From an uncultured delta proteobacterium (lineage in GTDB: Bacteria > Myxococcota_A > Polyangia > Haliangiales > Haliangiaceae), in the NCBI GenBank assembly GCA_963848295.1, contig CAWKDB010000010.1, positions 1,152,001 through 1,216,000 on the forward strand: a stretch of 64,000 bases of DNA, written 5' to 3'. This document shows positions 10,819 through 22,855 of this stretch, one piece after another. How positions within the stretch are numbered: the first letter of the stretch is position 1; the number at the start of each line of letters is the position of its first letter. A program made the position numbers and the translations under genes. The notes under the pieces are model-generated. The model was not told the DNA's origin. It did not search any database and worked only from the letters and a program-made list of their open reading frames with translations.

Positions 10819-10838
10819 GCGCCGCCGAAGGGCGGTGC
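10819..10838 (+). terminator. GC-rich hairpin downstream of the 10539-10793 gene
   Basis: GCGCCGCC-GAAG-GGCGGTGC stem-loop; no U-tract. Confidence 0.3.
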
Positions 10839-10880
10839 GGTGGGATCGATCCGGCGCGCCTTGAGTGCTAGGGTCTTGGC

Positions 10881-11165
10881 ATGTCTGACCGCGTGCCTGA
10901 TTCCAAGACGCCGGCGATGGTGGCCTTCGCCATGGTTGCCCTCGGCATCGTGATCGCAGCGCTGCGCCACGGCGTGTTCGACGGGTCGTGGCCGGGTGGC
11001 ATCGTCGCCGCGGCGGGCGCGATCCCGGCGTGCCTCGGCATGTGGAAGGGCATCCAGCAAGAGACCCAGGGCACGCTCGCGCTATCGGTCACCGCGGTCA
11101 TCGCGTCACTCGGCGTCGGCGGCGTCCTGATCGTGCTGCGGATCGTCGACATGATCAGGCACTGA
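10881..11165 (+). CDS. Small 3-TM membrane protein
   Basis: Three hydrophobic helices; TAGGGT-N6-ATG; 1 nt before apbE. Confidence 0.7.
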   Translation: MSDRVPDSKTPAMVAFAMVALGIVIAALRHGVFDGSWPGGIVAAAGAIPACLGMWKGIQQETQGTLALSVTAVIASLGVGGVLIVLRIVDMIRH

Positions 11166-11166
11166 G

Positions 11167-12195
11167 ATGCGCGGCGCCGTCGTCGCAGCGCTGGTCGCAA
11201 CGTTCGCGTGCGCGTCGTCCGCCTCCGCGAAGCCCGGCCTCATCACCTACAAGAGCAAGGCGATGGGGACCAACGTCACGCTGTGGCTGTGGACCGATCG
11301 CCAGGAAGACGCCGCGAAGGTCGCGCAAGCGGTCGACACCGAGATGAAGCGGCTCGACGCCGAGATGACGATCTGGCGCCCGGACTCCGAGATCTCGCGG
11401 GTCATCGCCGCGGCGGGCATCAAGCCGGTGAAGGTGTCGGACGAGACGATCGAGGTGGTGTCGCGCGCCCAGGACGTGTCGAAGCGCTCCGCCGGCGTGT
11501 TCGACATCACGGTCGGCGCGTTCCAGGGCGTATGGAAGTTCGACGAGAACATGGACGGCACGCTGCCCGATCCCAAGCTCGTCGCCGAGCGGCTCAAGCT
11601 CGTCAACTACAAGGATCTGATCGTCGATCCCGTGAAGAAGACGCTGTTCCTGCGCAGGAAGGGCATGGCGATCACGCTCGGCGGGATCGCGAAGGGCTAC
11701 GCCGTCGACAAGTGCGTCGCGATCATCAAGGCGCACGGCTTCGACGACTTCATGTTCCAGGCCGGCGGTGACATGTACATCGCGGGCACGAAGAGCGGCG
11801 TGAGCTGGAAGGTCGGCATCCGCGATCCGCGCGGCAAGGACGGCACCTACTTCGCGGTCGCGCCGATCCAAGACCATTCGTTCTCGACCAGCGGCGACTA
11901 CGAGCGTGGCTTCGTCAAGGACGGCAAGCGCTGGCACCACATCATCGACCCGCGCACCGGGTTCCCCGCGACCGCGAGTCGCTCGGTCACGGTCCGCGCG
12001 AAGGACGCTTTCACCGCGGACGCGTGGTCGAAGGTGATGTTCATCTACGGCTGGGAAGAAGGCAGCAAGATCATCGCGCGCGAGAAGCTCGAGGACTTCG
12101 GCGTCGCGTGGGTCGACGATAAGAACGAGGTCCACGTCACGCCCGATCTGCAAAAGGATCTGATCATGCTCAGCAAGCCGACCCCGGGGATCTAG
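11167..12195 (+). CDS. apbE: FAD:protein FMN transferase ApbE
   Basis: AMGT, FDITVG, LGGIAKGYAVD, AGGD, STSGDYER, HIIDPRTG, ADA motifs. Confidence 0.95.
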   Translation: MRGAVVAALVATFACASSASAKPGLITYKSKAMGTNVTLWLWTDRQEDAAKVAQAVDTEMKRLDAEMTIWRPDSEISRVIAAAGIKPVKVSDETIEVVSRAQDVSKRSAGVFDITVGAFQGVWKFDENMDGTLPDPKLVAERLKLVNYKDLIVDPVKKTLFLRRKGMAITLGGIAKGYAVDKCVAIIKAHGFDDFMFQAGGDMYIAGTKSGVSWKVGIRDPRGKDGTYFAVAPIQDHSFSTSGDYERGFVKDGKRWHHIIDPRTGFPATASRSVTVRAKDAFTADAWSKVMFIYGWEEGSKIIAREKLEDFGVAWVDDKNEVHVTPDLQKDLIMLSKPTPGI

Positions 12196-13475
12196 GCGCG
12201 CGGCAACGTCTCGACCTCGACCATGCGCGCGGGATCGAGCCAGCGCGCGATCGCACCGGCGACGTCGGCGGTGGTGATCAAGCGGTAGGTCGCGAGCTCG
12301 GCGGCGAGGCCATCGGGGATCCCGGTGTACAGCGCGTAGCGTTGGAGCAGCGATGCGCGCCGGGCCAGGCCGGACAGCGACCAGATCGCACCGGCTTCGC
12401 GCCGCGTCACGATCCGAGCGATCGCGGCGGCGTCGGGCGCTCGCGCGCATTCTTCGTCGAGGATCGCGCGGACGCGATCGCGATCGGCGCCGGTGCGCAG
12501 ATCGACGGAGACGTGGACCTCGCCGCCGATCCGACCGGCGATCGCCCACGCCGAGACGCGCTGCGCGAGCTGGGTCTCGTAGACCAGGCGTCGCCACAGC
12601 GCGCCGGTGCCGACCGCGCACCACGCGGCGGTCGCGATATCGAGTGCGGCCTCGTCTCGTGCGAACGCCGCCGGGCCGTGCCACGCGCGATGAATGCGAC
12701 CGAGCGCCGCGAACTTGTCGCTGACCTCGACTCGCACCGGGGCGGCGAGCACGACGTCCGCCGGCACGGGCCGCACGGGCCGCGTCGACGGCGGAAAGCT
12801 GCCGAAGAATTGATCGACGAGCGCGTCGGTGGCGTCGAGGTCGACGTCGCCCGCGATCACGAGCTGCGCGTTCGCTGGCACGTACCACGTGCGATAGAAC
12901 GCGAGGATGTCGTCGAGCGTCGCGGCCTGGATGTGGTGGTGCAGGCCGATCGTGAGGTGGCGCGCGGGATGGCCCTCGGGATAGAGCGCGAGCGCGACCG
13001 CGAACCGCTCCGGTCCGTACGGCACGTCCTCGTAGCGCTGGCGGCGCTCGGAGCGCACGACCGATTGCTGGATCGCGAGCCGATCCGCGTCGAGCCCGGG
13101 CGCGACGTAGCCCATGCGATCGCTCTCGAGCCACAGCGCCATCGCGAGCTCGTGGGCGGGCACGACCTCGTGGTACGCGGTGCGATCGGCCGAGGTCGAC
13201 GCGTTCGCGTCGCTCGAGCCGACCCGGCGCAGCACGTCGTAGTGATGAGCCGGCACGTGCAGCGAGTTCTTGAACAGATGCTCGAACAGATGCGCGAGCC
13301 CGGTGCGCTCGGGCCGCTCGTCGGAGCTGCCGGCGCGATACCAGACGCTGACGCACACCTGCGGCGTCGCCGGTTCGCGATGGACGATGACGTCGAGCCC
13401 GCTCGCGAGCTGGCGGCGATGCACCGCGAGTCGCGGCAGATCCGCTTCGAACGCGATCGCCGGCACCGCCACCAC
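12192..13475 (-). CDS. M16 (pitrilysin-family) zinc peptidase
   Basis: GSSDE...GLAHLFEHL (HXXEH), NAST..DRT.Y, LWLESDRM. Confidence 0.9.
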   Translation of the reverse strand: MVAVPAIAFEADLPRLAVHRRQLASGLDVIVHREPATPQVCVSVWYRAGSSDERPERTGLAHLFEHLFKNSLHVPAHHYDVLRRVGSSDANASTSADRTAYHEVVPAHELAMALWLESDRMGYVAPGLDADRLAIQQSVVRSERRQRYEDVPYGPERFAVALALYPEGHPARHLTIGLHHHIQAATLDDILAFYRTWYVPANAQLVIAGDVDLDATDALVDQFFGSFPPSTRPVRPVPADVVLAAPVRVEVSDKFAALGRIHRAWHGPAAFARDEAALDIATAAWCAVGTGALWRRLVYETQLAQRVSAWAIAGRIGGEVHVSVDLRTGADRDRVRAILDEECARAPDAAAIARIVTRREAGAIWSLSGLARRASLLQRYALYTGIPDGLAAELATYRLITTADVAGAIARWLDPARMVEVETLPRA

Positions 13476-13476
13476 C

Positions 13477-14334
13477 CTACTCCGCCTCGGTTCGCGGCGG
13501 GCGCTGCAGCGACAGCGCGAGCTGATACAGCTGGCGGCGCGGCTTGCCGGTCACGATCACGAGCCGGGCGGCCGCGTCGCGCGGTCCCAGGCCGCTCGCG
13601 AGCAGCTTCTTGAGCTCGGCTTCGATGTCGATCGCCGCCGGTGCCGCGCTGCCGCCCTCGACGACCAGCGTGCACTCGCCGCGCGGCGCGACCTCCGCGT
13701 ACTTCGCGGCGAGCTGCGTCAGCGTGCCACGCACGTGCTCCTCGTGCAGCTTCGTCAGCTCGCGCCCGAGGCTCGCGCGCCGGTTGCCGCCGAGCGCCAT
13801 CGCGAGATCGGCGAGCGTCGCGCCGACTCGATCGGGCGCTTCGTAGAAGATCATCGCGCCGACCTCGCCGCGCAGCGTGCCGAACAGCTCGCGGCGCGCG
13901 CCTAGTTCGCGCGGTGGAAACCCGAGGAACGTGAATCGCTCGGTCGGTAAGCCCGAGCCGACGAGCGCGGCGAGCGCGGCATTCGGCCCCGGGATGACCT
14001 CGATCCGCACGCCGGTCGCGACCGCGGCGGCGACCGCGCGCGAGCCCGGGTCGGAGATGCCCGGCATCCCGGCCTCGCTGATCACCGCGACGTGCTTGCC
14101 GGCCGCGAGCTCGGCCGCGAGCTGCGCCGAGCGCTCGGCTTCATTGCCTTCGAACAGCGACACGATCGTGCGCGCCGGGTTCACCGGCCCGCCGCCGTCG
14201 ACATGGCCGAGCAGCGTCCGCGCCGATCGCGTGTCTTCGGCCGCGATGACGTCGACCTCGCGCAACAAGCGCGCCGCGCGCAGCGAGAGATCCTCGAGGT
14301 TGCCGATCGGTGTCCCGACGATGAACAGCGTCAT
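13477..14334 (-). CDS. rsmI: 16S rRNA (cytidine1402-2'-O)-methyltransferase RsmI
   Basis: [39 protein letters not shown]. Confidence 0.95.
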   Translation of the reverse strand: MTLFIVGTPIGNLEDLSLRAARLLREVDVIAAEDTRSARTLLGHVDGGGPVNPARTIVSLFEGNEAERSAQLAAELAAGKHVAVISEAGMPGISDPGSRAVAAAVATGVRIEVIPGPNAALAALVGSGLPTERFTFLGFPPRELGARRELFGTLRGEVGAMIFYEAPDRVGATLADLAMALGGNRRASLGRELTKLHEEHVRGTLTQLAAKYAEVAPRGECTLVVEGGSAAPAAIDIEAELKKLLASGLGPRDAAARLVIVTGKPRRQLYQLALSLQRPPRTEAE

Positions 14335-14337
14335 CGG

Positions 14338-15481
<1,144 letters not shown>

Positions 15482-15621
15482 CGCGGTCCGGGCACTGTAC
15501 TACATGCAACTACTCGACGGTTGGCCGTGCTGCCGGCAGCGCCGTCGAATCGCGACGTGGTTTCGCAGAGGCCCGTACTTCAGTGCCTGGCGCGAAGCGC
15601 ATTGCGCCCTATAATCGCGAG

Positions 15622-18600
15622 ATGCGTAGCAGGTTGAACCTGGCCCTGGTGGTGATCGCCGGTGCCCTCGCACTCGTACTTACCGTCGTCCGGCAGTCGC
15701 CCGAGGGCGTCGTGTCCTTCGATTTCGAGACGCAAGCGGTCCGCGCCGCGCCGGGCGATGCCCAAGGGGGCAAGCCAGACCTCTCGACGCTCAAGATCTT
15801 CAACGCGGCGCTTGTTCAAGGTCAACGATCGCTACGTCGATCCGTCGCGCATCGATCCGAAGAAGATGTTGTACGCCGCGCTCGACTCGGTGCAGTTCAA
15901 CATTCCCGAAGTGCTCGTCGAGCCCGACATCGCCCACAACAGGGTGTCGGTCGCGGTCAACGACAAGAGGCAGACGTTCGACACCACGAAGGTCGACTCG
16001 CCGTGGCGGCTACAGCTGAAGTTGCAGAGCATCTTCCGGTTCGTCGAGGCGAACATGAACGCGGGCGCCGACCTCGCGAAGATCGAGTACGCGGCAGTCG
16101 AACGGCATGCTGTCGACGCTCGATCCGCACTCGATCCTGATGGACCCCGAGCAAGCGCGCGACATGGACGTGTCGACGAGCGGCAAGTTCGGCGGTCTCG
16201 GCATCGTGATCCGGATGATCGATCGCAAGCTCACGGTCGTGAAGCCGATGAAGGACACGCCGGCGTGGCGCAAGGGCATCAAGGCCGGCGATCACATCGT
16301 CAAGATCAACAACGATCCGACCGAGAACCTCACGTCGAACGAAGCGGTCGATCGCATGCGCGGCGACCCTCACACGCCGGTGACGCTGTGCATCGAACGC
16401 AAGGGCGAGGCGCAGCTGCTCAAGATTCGATCTCATCCGCGACGTGATCCACGTCTCGCAGGTCGAGCACAAGCTGCTCGACCACGGCGTCGGCTACCTC
16501 AGGGTCAAGCAGTTCTCCAAGGGCATCGCCGATGACGTCGCCGACGCGATGCGCGAGATGAGCGCCCAGGGCGCGACCGCGTGGGTGCTCGACCTGCGCT
16601 ACAACCCGGGCGGCCTGCTCGAGGAGGCGGTCAAGCTGGCGGACCTGTTCGTCGACAAGGGCGTCCTCGTCACGACCGTCTCGGGCAAGGACCGCGACGA
16701 GCGCGCCGCCGGCAAGGGCTTCGGCGACACCGGCGGATCGCTCGCCGTGCTCGTCAACGGCCAATCGGCCTCGGCTTCGGAGATCGTCGCCGGCGCGCTC
16801 AAGAACCTCGACCGTGCCGTGATCATCGGCTCGCGCACGTTCGGCAAGGGCTCGGTCCAGGAGCTCTACGACTTCGGCGACCACAGCAAGCTCAAGCTGA
16901 CGATCGCGCAGTACCTGACGCCGGGCGATCGCTCGATCCAGAACCTCGGCATCGTGCCGGACATCGCGATGCATCGCATGTACGTGCCGGACAAGAACGA
17001 CAAGTCCGACGCGAAGCTGCTCGACGCCGGTTACGTCCGGTTGCTGACGCCGACGCACACCTACGGCGAGAAGGATCTCGACGCTCACCTCGTCTCGACC
17101 TACGCGAAGGACGGCGACAAACCAGCCTACGTGCTGTCCGTACCTGATCGAGAAGAGGCCTCCCGCGGCAGGGGTCGACCCGAAAGCGCCGGTCACCGCG
17201 CCTTCCGACGACGACGATCCGCCGGATGACGACGAGATCGTCGAGGACTTCGAGATGCGGTTCGCCAAGCAGCTCGTGTCGAGCGTGCGCGAATCGAACC
17301 GGCTGAAGCTGGACGCCGACGCGAGCGCACTCGTCAAGAAGGTGCGCGCCGACGAAGAGACCAAAGAGGTCGCCGCGCTCGCGCAGATCGGCGTCGATTG
17401 GAGCGCGCCGACCGCGCAACCCGATAACGCGAACCTCGACATCTCGGTCGCGACGTCGCCGTCCGGGGCGCTCAAGGCCGGAGACGTCGTCAGCGTGACC
17501 GCGACGGTGAAGAACACCGGCACCGGCACCGCGTATCGCGTGCTGCCGCGGATCGAAGCGGACGACAACATGTTCGAAGACACCGAGCTGCCGATCGGCA
17601 AGGTCGGGCCGGGCGAGACCAAGACGTTCACCGCGAAGGTGTCGTTGCCGAAGGATGCGCTCGATCGCGTCGATCGCCTCGGTCTCGAGGTCAAGGACGC
17701 GCACAACTCGCCGACGCACGTGACGCCAGCGGCGATCCACGTCGAAGCGGCACCGCGCCCGGTGTTCTCGTACTCGTATCAGCTCGTCGACGACGGCAAC
17801 GGCGACGGCCTGGTCCAGCGCGGCGAGAAGTATCGCCTGCAAGTCCAGGTCAAGAACACCGGCGCCGGCCCGAGCCAGGAGACGACGGTGTTGTTGCGCA
17901 ACGCCTCGGGCGACGGCGTGTTGCTCGACAAGTCGCGGTTCGAGCTCAAGCCGATCGATGCGCCGGCGACCGCGGTGTCGCTCGCACCGGGCCAGGTCAA
18001 AGAGCTCGAGTTCCCGTTCTCGACCCTGAGCTCGCTGCACGGCGACGAGCTCGTGCTCGAGCTGATGATCGTACGACCAGGTGCTCGATGTGCGGTCGAG
18101 CGAGAAGCTGCACTTCAAGATCACGCCGGCGGTCGCGGGCGTGCCGGCGCATGGCAACGTCGTCGCGAAGTCGGCGACGCAGATCCACGCCGGCGCGGCG
18201 GCGGAGTCGAGCGTGATCGGCGTGACCGGCAGAGCGGGATTCCCGGTGATCGCGCAGTACGGCGCGTGGACGAAGGTCAAGCTCGCCGGCAACAAGGTCG
18301 GCTTCCTGCCGACCGACTCGATCAGCCAAGGTGGCAACGACAGCGGCACGTACACCGCGCAGTGGAACTCGACGCCGCCGACGATCGCGCTCAACGTGAA
18401 GAGCCTCGAGACCACCGGCGAGACCTACCGGTTGAGCGGCACGGTCTCGGACGAGACTCACGTCGAGGACGTCTACGTGTTCGTGTCGAATCAGACCTCG
18501 AAGATCGAGAGCCGCAAGGTGTTCTACCGATCGAACCGCAGCGGCCGGAACGGCAAGGTGCTCGACTTCACCGCGGACCTCCCGCTGTGGCCGGGCTCGA

Positions 18601-18698
18601 ACGTCGTCACGGTCGTCGCGCGTGAAAACGCCGAGGTCGGGTCGATGAAGACGATGTTTGTCTATCGCGGCTCACCCCGGACTGCCCTGACACCGTAA
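15622..18698 (+). CDS. S41 carboxyl-terminal processing peptidase (PDZ + S41 + Ig/CARDB-like + SH3-like), myxobacterial long form; five frameshifts
   Basis: LDPHS, GKFGGLGI (PDZ), LDLRYNPGGLL, SASASEIVAGAL, TFGKGSVQ; extra bases near 15812, 16100, 16425, 17139, 18071. Confidence 0.88.
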
Positions 18699-18747
18699 CC
18701 GGTGGCCCGTCGGTCGAGGCGATCGATCAATCGGCCTCGGGGCCCTT

Positions 18748-18775
18748 GAATTTCGCCGCGAGGCGCGGCGTCATA
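18748..18775 (+). promoter_or_regulatory. Possible ECF-type promoter
   Basis: GAATTT-N15-CGTCATA upstream of SD GAGGT and ATG 18785; resemblance to generic ECF consensus only. Confidence 0.3.
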
Positions 18776-18784
18776 GAGGTGTTC

Positions 18785-19201
18785 ATGCGTACGCTCGCGA
18801 TCGCAGTCGTTCTTGTGGCTCTGGCTGCAACCGCGCGAGCCGAGGGCGTCGCCGGCTCGTACGACGCGAAGTTCGATCAGCTCGCGAACAACTGCGAGCA
18901 CGCCCAGACGCTGACCCACGCGACGGTCAGGCTCGACATCAGGAAGACTTCGCTGACCATCAACATCGATACGATCCCTCAGATGGTCGGAGCGGCCGAG
19001 AAGAGCGGCAAGGTCAGCGCGAAGTCCAAGCTCGGCCCTTCGATCATCCAGGGGATCGACGCGACGTATCGCGTCGCCGGGCGGGTCGCCGACGGTGGCA
19101 TGCTCCAGCTCGTGCTGATCGCCGAGTACAGCATCAAGGGCAAGGCGACGTGTACGCAGTCGTGGAACATCGCCGGGCTGCGCCAGGACAAGAGTCGCTA
19201 A
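18785..19201 (+). CDS. Secreted beta-rich hypothetical protein
   Basis: SD GAGGT, signal peptide ending ARA|E, two Cys. Confidence 0.75.
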   Translation: MRTLAIAVVLVALAATARAEGVAGSYDAKFDQLANNCEHAQTLTHATVRLDIRKTSLTINIDTIPQMVGAAEKSGKVSAKSKLGPSIIQGIDATYRVAGRVADGGMLQLVLIAEYSIKGKATCTQSWNIAGLRQDKSR

Positions 19202-19298
19202 GCGATAACGACGTGTGGGCGATGGTGCGCGTGCCGTCGAGTCTTCCGGCGGCCGATGCCGCTTGACGCGCTTCCCCGATCCGCCGCACGCTTGTAGG

Positions 19299-19842
19299 GT
19301 GGGTGGATCTGCGCCAAGTCGTAAGCTGGGCCGCTACGAGGTGTTGCGGCACGTTCGGCGCGGCCGAGCTGACATTTCTCGGCGCTCAGACGGGCGGGAC
19401 CGAAGATCCGCAGGCGAGTCGCACCGAGCAGTGGACGTTGCTCGAGCCTCCCGTCTCGACCGCGAACATCACGGTCACGCTGTCGTCGACTGCCGCGACG
19501 CTCCGCGCGAGCGCGGTCGCGTTCACCGGCGTCAATCAAGCAGAGCCGATCCGGCCGGGCAGCCTGATCACGCTCGGCAGCGGTGGCATCTCCGGCCAGG
19601 TCGTCGTCGATAGCGCCACCGGCGATCTCGTCGAGTGCGTGACCGGGCACGGCGGTGGCATTGTCAGTGCAGGCTCGGGTGATACGCTCGTGTTCATCGA
19701 TCCCCTGGGCACCTCGTCGTTCTCGCTCAACAACGACGGGATGGAGGTCGCGCCCGGCGCGACGCACACGGCAATGAGCTGGAACTACTTCGACGACGAC
19801 AACATCCAGATGGTCGCGGCGTCGCTCGAGCCGGCGGACTAA
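19299..19842 (+). pseudogene. Chimeric remnant: first 18 codons of a Ser/Thr kinase joined out of frame to the 3' part of an extracellular protein
   Basis: 19299-19352 reads VGGSAPSRKLGRYEVLRH; from ~19350 another frame gives a Thr/Gly-rich beta-sandwich-like sequence with no signal peptide. Confidence 0.55.
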
Positions 19843-19845
19843 CCG

Positions 19846-20733
19846 CTAGCAGCCGTCGGGCTTCCAGGTCGCGCCGTAGTCGTCGTAGTTCTGCAGGTAG
19901 AGCGCGATGCCTTCCGTCGACGTCTCGGGCAAGCACAAGTCGCCGTACGTCGTGTACGAGCAGTCGGGGTTCGAGTCGTGAGGACAGTTGTAGTCCTCGT
20001 CCATCTCGAGCGCGTACGGATCGACGAGCGTCTCGAGATCGAGCCGGCCGAGCGGCGAGTTCGCGAGCGTCGACGCCGGATTCGTGAAGAACTGCGTCTG
20101 GCCGCGCGGCGCGCCGGTGTTGCACTCGTCGCTGAGATCGAACGGCGCGTGAGGGCCGCCGAGGTCGTGCGAATCGCGCCAGTAGCCGTCGGGCGGGATG
20201 TCGTCCGCGTCGATCGGGTTGCCGTCGTCGCTGTTGATCAGCACGTTGAGATCGTGGAGCTGATGATCGGTCGACATGATCATCCGGTTGTACTCGCCGC
20301 CGCCGCACGAGCCCGGATCGGTCGCGGTCGCGTCTTGGCCGCCGCTCAGCCGATAGAGCGTCACGATGTGCTCGAGCATCCGCGTGCCGTCGCTGCGGAT
20401 CTTGCCGCCCCACAGTCGATCCGTGATCGTGCGGAACGTGTCCTGCGACGACGGGTCGAGCGCGGTCCACAGGTCGCACACGGTCGTCAGGTTCTGCCCG
20501 GATAAGCCGTTCGACTGCACCTTCGTGGGATCGGCCTGCAGAAATGCCAGGTAGGTCGCGAGCAGGCGATCACGGTTGCCGTCGCGCGTATCGGGAAAGC
20601 TGGCGTCGGGCGAGGCCGAGCCGTCGGAGCCGGACCCGCTGTCGTGATGGTTGCCAGGGGCGTCGCTATCGACCGCCCCCGGATGGCCACACGCCGCGAG
20701 CAACAGGACGGTCACGAGCGCACGAGCCCCCAT
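19846..20733 (-). CDS. Acidic lipoprotein of unknown function
   Basis: Lipobox LAAC, S/G/D linker, globular Asp/His/Cys-containing domain; TACAGT-N6-ATG. Confidence 0.8.
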   Translation of the reverse strand: MGARALVTVLLLAACGHPGAVDSDAPGNHHDSGSGSDGSASPDASFPDTRDGNRDRLLATYLAFLQADPTKVQSNGLSGQNLTTVCDLWTALDPSSQDTFRTITDRLWGGKIRSDGTRMLEHIVTLYRLSGGQDATATDPGSCGGGEYNRMIMSTDHQLHDLNVLINSDDGNPIDADDIPPDGYWRDSHDLGGPHAPFDLSDECNTGAPRGQTQFFTNPASTLANSPLGRLDLETLVDPYALEMDEDYNCPHDSNPDCSYTTYGDLCLPETSTEGIALYLQNYDDYGATWKPDGC

Positions 20734-20813
20734 TGCAAGACTGTATCAAGCTTGCAGCTAGACCATGGAGGGGTTTCGCAGCGCTGTTACTGGAATGTGA
20801 CGGACGCGCCGCG

Positions 20814-22850
20814 TCAGTGGCGCGATCGCGAGGAATTCGCATAAACGCGCGCTAACGGAGCGCCCGCGACGTCGACCTCGAACACGAGGCGCGCGGTGCT
20901 GGGGATGGGGCATTTCAACTCGAGCGGCGCGTACGACACGATCCATGCGGCCCGCGCCGGGCTGCGCGCGAGGGCCGGCCACAGGTCCTGGCGAAACCAG
21001 CCGAGGTGCTTCGGCTCGATGCAATCGCGGTACACGGCCGCGCCGGGCTCGGCGTGGTCGTTGACGTACGCGATCGCTCGATCGAGCCCCTCGCCCCACC
21101 AGGCGGTCTCGAACCACGCGTGGTCGGCGACCGTGCTCGGACCGCCGACCTGCTCGGCGAAGTAGTCGAGGTAGTACGGGTGGATTCGCACGTCGACGCA
21201 CGCGAGGTAGCCGACGACGACGATCGCGACCGTGGCAAACGCGCGCGCGAACCGGGGCTCGAGCCAGGTCGCGATCGCATCCCAACCGACCGCGCCGGCG
21301 AGCGCGAGCGCGACGACACTCGGCATGACGTAGCGCACGCCGTCTTGCCGCACCGGAGAGATCGCGACGAGCAACGGGATGACGAGCCAGGCGAGCACGA
21401 TCGACGAGGCGAGCGCGGTCCGGCGAAACCGCGCCGCCCACGCGACGACACCGAGCAGCACACCGGCCGGCAGCGTCGCGAACAGATAGACGACGAAGTA
21501 GTACGGCGGCGGGTGGTTCGTGGTGCCGCCGAGGAAGGGCTCGGCCGAGTGCACGGCCGACAGCTTGTGGAACGACTCGACCAGCGCCGAGATCGGATGC
21601 AGCCACAGCCGCGGCCACAGCGCGTAGATCGTCACGATCGCGGCGAGCGTCATCGCCCCGGCGCCCAGCCGCGCGACCTGGCGGCGACGCGGTGCCGGCG
21701 CGGTCGCGACGACGATCAACCCGCACAGCGGGCCGAGCAAGCCGTTGATGTACCGCGAATCGATCGCGACCCCGACGACGACGCCGACCCACGCGAGCCG
21801 CACGAGCAGCGTGCGGCGATCGGGCTCGCCGTCGTTCACCCCGAGCGCGAGCGCGATGCCGAGCGTCCACCACAGCACGCTCGGCGATTCGTGGCCGACG
21901 ATCTGGCCGTGCGCGATCAACGGCGGCAGCAGCGCCGCGATCACGCCGGCGAGCACGCCGACGCGCAAGCGATAGAGCCGCGCACCGATCGGCACGAGCA
22001 ACGCGCAGCCGATCGCGGTCCACACCGCCGACAACGCGCGCGCCGGGCCGTAGCCGTCGGCGAGCTGGGCGCCGATGCCGGCGAGATACTTCATCACCGG
22101 CGGGTGCTCGAAGTTCCACGCCCACGACCGCGCGTGGAAATCGAGCGCGAGCAAGTTCGTGACGTAGTTGCGCCCCGATGCCCAGTACACGCCCTCGTCC
22201 CAGGTCTCGCCGAAACCCGATAAATCGATCCACCGGACGAGGCACGCCGTCGCGAACACCGCGGCCATGCCGATCCACGCGGCGCGCGGCACGAGCGCCA
22301 ACCGGCGACGTGCGAGCGCGCACGACGTCGCGACGACGATCGCGAGGATCGCGAGCGCGCACGCGCCATCGAACGGGTTCGCTCCGGCACACGCGCCGAA
22401 CTCCGCGCGCTCGGGCGGCTCGGCCGACAGCGAGCTCGCCGGCACGTACTCGGGGTCGCCGCGCCTACCGACCGGGCTCCACACCAGGCGCGAGCTCGCT
22501 GGCCCGACAAACCGCACCGCGGTCGCGCCGCGATCGAGCATGATCCGGCACACGTGGCCGTGCGAGATGTCGGAGCAATCGGGGCCCGGGCTCGGCACGA
22601 CGCCGCCGCCGACGTGCCGCGCCGCGTGGGGATCGCCGACCTCGAGCCGCGCCGGGCCATCGGCTTGAAACCCGATCACGACCGGGCCTCCGCGCCGGAC
22701 ATCGATCGAGCCGGTGCGCGCGATCTCGCCGGGTGGATCGGCGGCGACGCGCTCCGCGATCGCGAGCTGATCGAGCGGATCGACCGCGACGCACGCCCGC
22801 AACGCGAGGATCGCGGCGATCAGCGCGACCGGGATCGCGCCCCAGTACCG
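20814..22850 (-). CDS. GT-C (GT39/ArnT-PMT-like) glycosyltransferase with N-terminal extracytoplasmic domain; start uncertain
   Basis: WDE..Y, NFEHPP..KYL, many TM helices, [11 protein letters not shown]; a GGAGG lies just after the upstream stop. Confidence 0.8.
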   Translation of the reverse strand, partial: RYWGAIPVALIAAILALRACVAVDPLDQLAIAERVAADPPGEIARTGSIDVRRGGPVVIGFQADGPARLEVGDPHAARHVGGGVVPSPGPDCSDISHGHVCRIMLDRGATAVRFVGPASSRLVWSPVGRRGDPEYVPASSLSAEPPERAEFGACAGANPFDGACALAILAIVVATSCALARRRLALVPRAAWIGMAAVFATACLVRWIDLSGFGETWDEGVYWASGRNYVTNLLALDFHARSWAWNFEHPPVMKYLAGIGAQLADGYGPARALSAVWTAIGCALLVPIGARLYRLRVGVLAGVIAALLPPLIAHGQIVGHESPSVLWWTLGIALALGVNDGEPDRRTLLVRLAWVGVVVGVAIDSRYINGLLGPLCGLIVVATAPAPRRRQVARLGAGAMTLAAIVTIYALWPRLWLHPISALVESFHKLSAVHSAEPFLGGTTNHPPPYYFVVYLFATLPAGVLLGVVAWAARFRRTALASSIVLAWLVIPLLVAISPVRQDGVRYVMPSVVALALAGAVGWDAIATWLEPRFARAFATVAIVVVGYLACVDVRIHPYYLDYFAEQVGGPSTVADHAWFETAWWGEGLDRAIAYVNDHAEPGAAVYRDCIEPKHLGWFRQDLWPALARSPARAAWIVSYAPLELKCPIPSTARLVFEVDVAGAPLARVYANSSRSRH

Positions 22851-22855
22851 CCTCC

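Noticed and set aside
11167..12195. ApbE flavinylation substrate nearby
   Set aside because: No convincing D-x-x-(S/T)-G-A-(T/S) motif seen in neighbouring exported proteins.
15622..18698. Programmed ribosomal frameshifting or a multi-gene protease operon
   Set aside because: No slippery heptamers seen at the breaks; single-base removal restores one continuous protein.
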